From Candidatus Daviesbacteria bacterium (lineage in GTDB: Bacteria; Patescibacteriota; Microgenomatia; Daviesbacterales; UBA10151), in contig DAIDIY010000048.1 in assembly GCA_027451625.1 (NCBI GenBank), forward strand, positions 26,917 to 90,916: DNA of 64,000 nt. Reading direction: 5' to 3'. Position numbers and translations under genes: made by a program. Positions 57,410-64,000 of this stretch are shown here, piece after piece. Under the pieces are notes generated by a model. The model was not told the DNA's origin and made no database searches. It was given only the letters and a program-made list of their open reading frames with translations. Position 1 is the stretch's first letter. Every line of letters begins with the position of its first letter.

Positions 57410-57856
57410 ATGAAGTATTTAGATTTAAAAATAACAGCTTCATTAATAATAGCTGTTGTTGTTTTAGGAATAATTTATATTAGCTTTATACACAAAAAGG
57501 TAAACATAGAAAAACCGATTTCTTTCAATATCACTCCCAACATAGTTTCCACAGATCCTAACCCGCTAGATAATGCAGTCATATTTTCAAAGGAATCTTT
57601 TAGTATTACTTTCAACTTACCTATTCAAAATGTAGGTGAGTTAAAACATACAATTACACCTAAAATGGATTATTCATTAAAACTCTCTGATGATCGAAAA
57701 ACTGCAATTTTTACACCCAACAAACCTTTACCTATAGGAAAAGAGTATACTCTTCAAATCACAGGAGACACAAAGATGGATGGACCTTCTGGAATGATTC
57801 TTTTAGATCAAACCTTAATTTACCATATTAGAACAATTCCATATAATGGAGTTTAA
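57410..57856 (+). CDS. Membrane-anchored bacterial Ig-like (Big_5-type) protein
   Basis: N-terminal TM, IVSTDP, SITFNLPI, FTPNKPL..GKEYTLQI. Confidence 0.75.
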   Translation: MKYLDLKITASLIIAVVVLGIIYISFIHKKVNIEKPISFNITPNIVSTDPNPLDNAVIFSKESFSITFNLPIQNVGELKHTITPKMDYSLKLSDDRKTAIFTPNKPLPIGKEYTLQITGDTKMDGPSGMILLDQTLIYHIRTIPYNGV

Positions 57857-57866
57857 TTGTTAACGA

Positions 57867-58967
57867 TTAGCTTAAGTTAATCGGCATAATAATATATTCA
57901 AGACTTGAGTCCTGCAAAGGCCTAACCAAAACAGCAGACAAGGAGCCAGAAAGCTGCATCTCTACTTCCGAATCAGGGAATGCGCCTAAGACATCCATCA
58001 AAAATTTTGCATTAAAAGCAATCTGAATCTCTTCTCCTAATACTTTGGCTGAAATTTCTTTTTTTTGGCCACCCAATTCTTTAGTCTCAGAGGTTAAGGT
58101 AATACCTTGGTTTCCCACAAAAAACTTTATAACATTAGCCTCTCCTCGAGCAAAAACAGAAGCCAACTTGACAGCCTTTAGAAGCTCATTTCTATCAAAA
58201 TTTACTGTTGTTTTTTTGTCAGTAGGTATAATTTTCTCCCAGGAAGGAAATTGTCCTTCAATCAAGCGTGATGAAAGTTTGGTATTACCAAAGCTAAAAA
58301 TTATTTGATTCTGATTATCAGAGGTTGAGATATTAACTTGCAGAGGTTTCTCTTCCGAAATTAATCTCAAGATTTCTTCTAAAGTTCTTCTTGGCACAAG
58401 AGCCTTAAAAGAGGAATCTTCATCAATCTCTACAACCTTGTGTGCTAATCTATACCCGTCAGTGGCCACAAACTGAAGTTTTTTATCTTTTATTTCAGTC
58501 AACACCCCAGTCAGAACTGGCCTTCCTTCATCCAAAGCCGAAGCAAAACTAACCTGAGGCAGACATGAATGGAGTGTATCTGCTTTCACTAGCGCAGTCT
58601 CTTTACCGCTTAAAGGAATCGCAGGAAACTCAGACGAGTCAATTCCATTAATAGTTGAAGAGAATGTTGGAGTTTTTATTTCCATTAAATTTGAATTAGC
58701 TGTAAATTCTATCTTTTCTCCTTGTAAATTAGAAACTAAATCCACAAGAGTACGTGCTGGCACACTAACAGCTCCTTCCTCGATAACTTCAGTCTTTATT
58801 GTTCTTACAACACCTACCTCTAAGTTTGTCGCTGAAACTTTCAGAGAGCCACTCTCTGCCTCTATAAGTATATTTCCCAGCACAGGAAGTTGAGCTTTCA
58901 TCCCCACAGATCTTGATGCTGAGTTTAATATGGGCATTATGTCTTGTTGAAGAATCGAAAATTTCAT
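57867..58967 (-). CDS. dnaN: DNA polymerase III beta sliding clamp
   Basis: ATNLEVG, RPVLTGV, VATDGYRLA, SRLIEGQFP, IAFNAKFL, YIIMPI. Confidence 0.97.
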   Translation of the reverse strand: MKFSILQQDIMPILNSASRSVGMKAQLPVLGNILIEAESGSLKVSATNLEVGVVRTIKTEVIEEGAVSVPARTLVDLVSNLQGEKIEFTANSNLMEIKTPTFSSTINGIDSSEFPAIPLSGKETALVKADTLHSCLPQVSFASALDEGRPVLTGVLTEIKDKKLQFVATDGYRLAHKVVEIDEDSSFKALVPRRTLEEILRLISEEKPLQVNISTSDNQNQIIFSFGNTKLSSRLIEGQFPSWEKIIPTDKKTTVNFDRNELLKAVKLASVFARGEANVIKFFVGNQGITLTSETKELGGQKKEISAKVLGEEIQIAFNAKFLMDVLGAFPDSEVEMQLSGSLSAVLVRPLQDSSLEYIIMPINLS

Positions 58968-58975
58968 TTTTTAAA

Positions 58976-59431
58976 TCATTGTTCTTTTCGTTGTGCGGAT
59001 ACAAACTTCTGAATCTCTTCCTCTCTAACTCTTATCAGACGAAAACTAACTCTTCCGCTTTGTATTAGGTTTTTAATGTGTTTTTCTTCTTCTGTCAAGA
59101 GAGCAGAATCTCCTGATTTAACCTCAATAAAATCTATCCTATCGTTATTTTTAATACCAATGAAGTCAATCGGCCAACCTAAAGGAACAATTCGATCGTA
59201 GTCGTAGCGCAGTTCAGCATAGGTTAGAAGTTCGGCCATTTTTCCTTTTTGTGGATTAATTGAACCTTGAATTGTTTGCAAAATCTTTACTGGAAGTTCC
59301 TGAACTCCACGATAAAGATCTATTAAATCTGTGGGGATATCTCCTCTTGGTTTTTGATGAACCCTTCCTAAAAGATATGCAATAAGTAAAGCAGATGCTC
59401 CAAGAAGACAATAAACTATTATTGGATTCAT
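58976..59431 (-). CDS. Membrane-anchored PD-(D/E)XK nuclease (archaeal Holliday-junction-resolvase-like family)
   Basis: N-terminal TM, KGKMAE, PIDFIG, FIEVKSG, LTEEEKHIKNLI. Confidence 0.78.
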   Translation of the reverse strand: MNPIIVYCLLGASALLIAYLLGRVHQKPRGDIPTDLIDLYRGVQELPVKILQTIQGSINPQKGKMAELLTYAELRYDYDRIVPLGWPIDFIGIKNNDRIDFIEVKSGDSALLTEEEKHIKNLIQSGRVSFRLIRVREEEIQKFVSAQRKEQ

Positions 59432-59454
59432 TGATTTGATTATAACATGTGTTA

Positions 59455-59702
59455 TTAAGTTATCCCCTATGGTTTGTTCTATTTTTTATTTATATATTAA
59501 ACAATAGTCGTATTAATAAGCGGGGTTGATATGTGGAATTTATAAAGTGAGCAGGCTTAAAATATGTGTGGATATCTTTTTAAAGCTAACTTAAATGTTT
59601 ATAGATTTTTTGATCTTGGTTTTTGGGTTTGATTAGTGTGTATAAAACAGGACCTTTTGTGGATAAGTTTGTGGATAAGTTGATAAGTATTTGTGGATAG
59701 TT
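59455..59702. other. Putative oriC with clustered DnaA boxes
   Basis: TGTGGATAA at 59658 and 59670, TGTGGATAG at 59692, further degenerate boxes, AT-rich; lies downstream of dnaA where + strand composition appears to switch from C-rich to G-rich. Confidence 0.85.
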
Positions 59703-61022
59703 TTATCCTTGAGTAATAATTTGGCGAATCTCTATAATCATCCTTTGAAGTTCTCGATCTCTGTTAATAGTTGATCTCATCTTTTCCACTCCATGAAGAA
59801 TTGTGGTATGATCGCGTCCTCCTAAGATATCCCCTATTCTTTCATATGGAAGTTTACACTCTTCATATAAAAAGTACATTACAATTTGTCTGGGGATAAC
59901 CAGATCTCTTTTTCGCCTCGGACCGATTAGATCGCTTGTCTTAACATGGAAGTATTGATTAACACCTGTTATTACTTTTTTATAATCGGGAGCCTTTGCC
60001 GTATGAGAAGGTGTCCCGAGGTATTTATGAACAACGTCTTCTGATAATATTTGGTTCGTTAGTTTTGCTGCCTGCACTATCTGAATAAGCTTACCTTCTA
60101 ACTCCCTTGCGTTTGTATCCTGAGACTGCGCTATTATGGTGAGTATTTCATCCGAAATGTGCTCATTTCTTTCCATGCATTTTGCTCTTAAAATAGCAAC
60201 TCTAGTATCGAAGTCGGGATTTTGAATATCAACCATCAGTCCACCTTGAAATCTAGATCTTAACCTAGACTCCAAATCCTTCATTTGGTCCGGAGTTCTA
60301 TCGGAGGTTAAAATTATTTGTGAATTTTTAGTATGCAGCTCATTAAAGGTGTGGAAAAACTCCTCTTGAGTAGAATCCCTTCCTGAAATAAATTGAATAT
60401 CGTCTACTAAAAAAAGGTCGCAATTTCGATACTTTGCTCTAAATTCGCTGGTTTTTTTATTTTGTATAGATTGAATAAAGTCATTTGTATACTTTTCCGA
60501 TGTGCAGTAGATAATTTTTAAACCAGGATTTTTTTTAAATAATTCATTGCCGATGGCTTGCATAAGATGAGTTTTCCCGACGCCTGTTCCACCATAGATA
60601 AAAAGAGGGTTATAAGTTGTCCCTGGGGTCTGAACGACAGCTCTGGCCGCAGCGAAGGCTAAATTATTTGAGAGTCCGACTACAAAATTTTCTAAATTAT
60701 ACTTTGGATTTAATCCTACAGTAGGAACCTTGACCGTTGGTGTGGTAAACTCAAATTCAACTTCTGTTTCTTTAAGAGATTGTTTTACTTCGATAGAGAT
60801 TTCAGCCTCATCAGGGTAGACTTCTTTAAATGTATTACTTAATAGTGTAGGATACTTAGCCAGAATATTTTGCTTGATGAATGAAGATTCGACGTAAACA
60901 ATAAAGTGGTTTTTATCTTTTTGCTCTAAAGCCGTTTTCCCAAACCATATCCTAAAGTTAGCTTCAGATAACTGTGGGCGTATTCTTTCTAGAACGTTTT
61001 TCCATAGTTTTTGAGAGTCCAT
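59703..61022 (-). CDS. dnaA: Chromosomal replication initiator DnaA
   Basis: YNPLFIYGGTGVGKTHL, VDDIQF, QEEFFHTFN, GGRDHTTILHG. Confidence 0.98.
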   Translation of the reverse strand: MDSQKLWKNVLERIRPQLSEANFRIWFGKTALEQKDKNHFIVYVESSFIKQNILAKYPTLLSNTFKEVYPDEAEISIEVKQSLKETEVEFEFTTPTVKVPTVGLNPKYNLENFVVGLSNNLAFAAARAVVQTPGTTYNPLFIYGGTGVGKTHLMQAIGNELFKKNPGLKIIYCTSEKYTNDFIQSIQNKKTSEFRAKYRNCDLFLVDDIQFISGRDSTQEEFFHTFNELHTKNSQIILTSDRTPDQMKDLESRLRSRFQGGLMVDIQNPDFDTRVAILRAKCMERNEHISDEILTIIAQSQDTNARELEGKLIQIVQAAKLTNQILSEDVVHKYLGTPSHTAKAPDYKKVITGVNQYFHVKTSDLIGPRRKRDLVIPRQIVMYFLYEECKLPYERIGDILGGRDHTTILHGVEKMRSTINRDRELQRMIIEIRQIITQG

Positions 61023-61043
61023 CCAGCAATATTAGTGTAAAAG

Positions 61044-61052
61044 TTATCCACA
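61044..61052 (+). promoter_or_regulatory. DnaA box upstream of dnaA
   Basis: Perfect TTATCCACA 21 nt upstream of the dnaA start. Confidence 0.75.
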
Positions 61053-61246
61053 TTAAATAGGGGTAAAATACTACATAATAGGTCAGGACTTGTTACGGTA
61101 GAGTTTTAAAGAGAATTAGTTAGTATTAACATGCAAAAGCTATTATGGGAAGGTCTTTGTAAATTTACTTTTGGAAGCATCTGTTTTGACAGATATCAAC
61201 AGAGTCATTGAATTTTAGTTTAAAAATTAGTAAACTTCTTTCTACA

Positions 61247-61390
61247 ATGGCTAAAACTAAAAGGACCTACCAACCAAAGAAAATGAAACGTTTGCGGAAA
61301 CACGGGTTTTTAGAACGAAATTCTACTAGGGATGGTCGAAAAGTAATGAAGAGGCGAATTGCTAAAGGGCGAAGTAGAATTACTATTTAA
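61247..61390 (+). CDS. rpmH: 50S ribosomal protein L34
   Basis: [17 protein letters not shown]; start moved to MAKTKR. Confidence 0.95.
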   Translation: MAKTKRTYQPKKMKRLRKHGFLERNSTRDGRKVMKRRIAKGRSRITI

Positions 61391-61752
61391 TGCTATCAAA
61401 AGAAAAACGCCTTAATCTGAACTTAAGCTTCCGCTGGACAGCATCTGGAGAAAAAATATCACTTCCTTTTGTAAAGATATTTTATAGAACAGGTCATAAT
61501 AGTAACCCCCTTATAGGAGTATCTCTTTCAAAAACAAATTTTAAAACAGCCATTGAGCGTAATAGAGCGAAAAGGCTTTTAAGTGAAGCGTTTAACGAGC
61601 TTTACCCTAAAATAGAGCCTCATCTTAATATAGTAGCTATTCCCTATACTCAAGTGTTAAAATTATCTTCAAAAGAAATTCTGAAGGTTTTAAAAGATAA
61701 TTTTAATAGAAAAAGTTTATTGAGGATGTATAACGAAAGACCTTTTAAATAA
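61390..61752 (+). CDS. rnpA: Ribonuclease P protein component
   Basis: [19 protein letters not shown] (RNR motif), synteny. Confidence 0.9.
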   Translation: MLSKEKRLNLNLSFRWTASGEKISLPFVKIFYRTGHNSNPLIGVSLSKTNFKTAIERNRAKRLLSEAFNELYPKIEPHLNIVAIPYTQVLKLSSKEILKVLKDNFNRKSLLRMYNERPFK

Positions 61753-61758
61753 ATTGAA

Positions 61759-61959
61759 ATGAAAAGCTTAGTTGTTTTTGTTATTAATTTTTACCAATTT
61801 TTCCTTTCTTTTGATAGAGGGATGTTATCTGTTTTGGCTCCTGGTGGAGCTTGTAAATATTCCCCAACATGTTCTGAATATACAAAACAGATGATTCTAA
61901 AGTATGGTATCATAAAAGGCCTTATCCTTGGAGGAAAGAGAATTCTGTCATGTCGATAA
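61759..61959 (+). CDS. yidD: Membrane protein insertion efficiency factor
   Basis: CKYSPTCSEY, KYGIIKG, RILSC. Confidence 0.92.
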   Translation: MKSLVVFVINFYQFFLSFDRGMLSVLAPGGACKYSPTCSEYTKQMILKYGIIKGLILGGKRILSCR

Positions 61960-62753
61960 TAAGCCTAATAGGAGCACTTTTTAATTTAGTTTTTTTTGGG
62001 CCAATTGTTAATCTCTTGGTTTTAATTTTGCGTACGTTAGAGATCCTACATATTCCAGGAGCATTAGGTTTTTCAATAATTATTTTATCTGTATTAATTA
62101 GAATGTTGGTTTGGCCGTTTATGTCTTCTCAGCTTAAGGCTGCAAGAAAGATGGCGGAGCTTAAACCGCATTTGGATGAGCTAAAAAGAAAGCACGGTAG
62201 TGACAAGCAGGCTTTTGCTTCTGCTCAAATGGAGCTATATAAAGAGCATGGGGTCAATCCAGCAGCGGGTTGTTTGCCATCACTAGTCCAAATGCCTGTA
62301 CTTTGGGCGCTATATAGATCTATATTTGCTTTTTTTAGCGGACAGTCAGGATTGAGTCAGATAAATTCAATTTTATATATTCCAGCCTGGCACCTTAAAT
62401 CTGTGCCTAACCTCACATTTTTTGGCTTGAATTTAGCTACCAAACCTTCAGATTTTATGCATTTAGGATATCTTCTTCTTTTAATACCTTTAGTTACCGC
62501 TGGACTGCAGTTTATTCAGAGTAGAATGATGACTCCAAAACCAATTCAAGCTTATCCGAAGGACACTAAAAAGGAAGAAAAAGAGAAGGAATCTCTAGAT
62601 GAATCAATGGCGGCGATGCAGACCCAAATGATGTATATGATGCCTCTCATGATAGGTTATTTTGCATTTCAGTTTCCAATCGGATTATCAATCTATTGGA
62701 ATACAGTAACTATCTTTAGTATCCTCCAGCAAAAAATTCTATTTAAGGATTGA
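61950..62753 (+). CDS. yidC: Membrane protein insertase YidC
   Basis: IRMLVWP, MELYKEHGVNPAAGCLPSLVQMP, GLSIYW. Confidence 0.94.
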   Translation: MSIISLIGALFNLVFFGPIVNLLVLILRTLEILHIPGALGFSIIILSVLIRMLVWPFMSSQLKAARKMAELKPHLDELKRKHGSDKQAFASAQMELYKEHGVNPAAGCLPSLVQMPVLWALYRSIFAFFSGQSGLSQINSILYIPAWHLKSVPNLTFFGLNLATKPSDFMHLGYLLLLIPLVTAGLQFIQSRMMTPKPIQAYPKDTKKEEKEKESLDESMAAMQTQMMYMMPLMIGYFAFQFPIGLSIYWNTVTIFSILQQKILFKD

Positions 62754-62789
62754 CTCTAACTCTATCTTCTTTTATACTTAGCCAAGCTT

Positions 62790-63287
62790 ATGGAATCACA
62801 AGTCTCAGAAATCTTAGAAAATATATTAGGAATGCTAGCTTTAGAGGGTAATTTTGAGGTTGTAGAAGGACCAGAAGAGGTTACGGTTACGATAGAAACT
62901 GCTGATGCGGGGAGGCTGATAGGCTTTAAAGGAGAGACACTTGACTCCCTCCAGCTGCTTGCTAATCAAATTTTAGGTAAAAAATCAGAAAAATTTAAAA
63001 GGGTGGTTATAGATGTTGCTGGATGGAGAAAAAACAAAGAAGGTGACTTAGAGAATAGGGCAAGATATTGGGCAGATGAAGTTAAGGAATCTAAAAAAGA
63101 GATTGAATTAGATCCGATGCCTGCATGGCAGAGAAGAATTGTACATATGGTGATTTCAGAGATAGGCGGAGTCGAAACGGAAAGTGTTGGTGAAGGTGCA
63201 GAAAGACATTTGATAATAAAGCCTACTGGAGGTTTGGTCAAGAGTGAGGAAGAAACCTCCACGGACGATCCTTCTTCTAAAGAATAA
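62790..63287 (+). CDS. jag: Jag/KhpB RNA-binding protein (KH + R3H)
   Basis: GRLIGFKGETLDSLQ, PMPAWQRRIVH, TESVGEG. Confidence 0.9.
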   Translation: MESQVSEILENILGMLALEGNFEVVEGPEEVTVTIETADAGRLIGFKGETLDSLQLLANQILGKKSEKFKRVVIDVAGWRKNKEGDLENRARYWADEVKESKKEIELDPMPAWQRRIVHMVISEIGGVETESVGEGAERHLIIKPTGGLVKSEEETSTDDPSSKE

Positions 63288-63363
63288 CTTGCTAACGATA
63301 CTTACTGTTGCATTAAAGGATCTCTTTTAATTGATTGTTTTTGAATATATACTTCTTAAGATA

Positions 63364-64000
63364 GTGAAGGATTTTTTTTCAAGTTCGATAGTCTCCAAGG
63401 TTACAATTCAAACGTTCTGGCAGCTCTTAGCAAAGCTAATATCTTCTTTTGCAACACTCATCCTTCTGGGGATAATAACCAGAAACTTTTATGAAAGCGG
63501 TACGGGGATATACACCTTATCCTCTACAACAATATCTTTTATATACCTCGCGATAGACTTCGGGATTAATGCCCATCTCGTATCTGAAATCATAAGAAAT
63601 AAAAATTATGGAGAATGGCAAGAAGTCTTAGGTAGTAGGGTTATACTAGTCACTCTCTTGCTTTTAATTATAGATTTAATGTTTTTATTAATACCCGGTA
63701 TTAACGAATTATTTAGAATGTCCGTATTAATTGGAGATATTTCAGCACTAGGTTATTCCCTTTTTATAACCTCTCAAGTCGTTTTTCAAGTTGAAGGAAG
63801 ATTTGATCTCTATTTTATCTCATCTTTGGTAGCATCTCTTTTTACTCTCGCCCTAACCATCATTATTATATATTTAACTCGGTTTATTCCAGGATTATTT
63901 ATAGCAACTGCATTTTCATGGGGCGTTGCTGGGCTTCTTTCACTTATTCTTGTAAAACGGTACGTTAAAATTAAACCTTTGTTTAATATCAATTTTTTAA
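63364..64000 (+). CDS. Wzx-like polysaccharide flippase (partial, runs off the window)
   Basis: Open frame from GTG 63364 to the end: QTFWQLLAKLISS..ITRN..GIYTLS..IDFGIN, multiple TMs. Confidence 0.75.
   Translation, partial: MKDFFSSSIVSKVTIQTFWQLLAKLISSFATLILLGIITRNFYESGTGIYTLSSTTISFIYLAIDFGINAHLVSEIIRNKNYGEWQEVLGSRVILVTLLLLIIDLMFLLIPGINELFRMSVLIGDISALGYSLFITSQVVFQVEGRFDLYFISSLVASLFTLALTIIIIYLTRFIPGLFIATAFSWGVAGLLSLILVKRYVKIKPLFNINFL

Noticed and set aside
63810-63992. 60-aa minus-strand ORF and similar short antisense ORFs inside long genes
   Set aside because: Shadow frames of well-supported genes on the opposite strand
1-64000. CRISPR array, rRNA genes or alternative genetic code
   Set aside because: No regularly spaced repeats or rRNA-like sequence seen; core genes are full length under the standard code and several end in TGA

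Overview
AT-rich chromosomal window spanning the replication origin (dnaN, dnaA, rpmH-rnpA-yidD-yidC-jag) of what appears to be a Patescibacteria (CPR) genome, probably Microgenomates-like; the lineage is inferred from gene content only. It carries cell-wall genes, a three-gene split ATP-citrate lyase next to a FabD-like acyltransferase, dnaG-rpoD, 12 tRNA genes (including Ile-UAU and Arg-GCG), tmRNA/smpB, a degraded IS481 and a ~18 kb VirB2/VirB6/PrgI/VirB4-type secretion locus, with a VirD4-like ATPase ~22 kb away. Features not visible in the ORF track: (1) a compact cobalamin riboswitch (minus strand, ~50.7-50.8 kb) upstream of an uncharacterised Cys-rich protein, in an inverted two-gene cassette inside the secretion locus; (2) a 226-nt group I intron splitting the anticodon of tRNA-Asn(GUU), followed by a decayed serine-integrase islet; (3) a 6S-like long hairpin at ~7.8-7.95 kb; (4) a tmRNA with a 25-residue tag and a 5-nt T-loop; (5) many apparently leaderless genes. 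All calls come from reading the sequence by eye; no searches were run.
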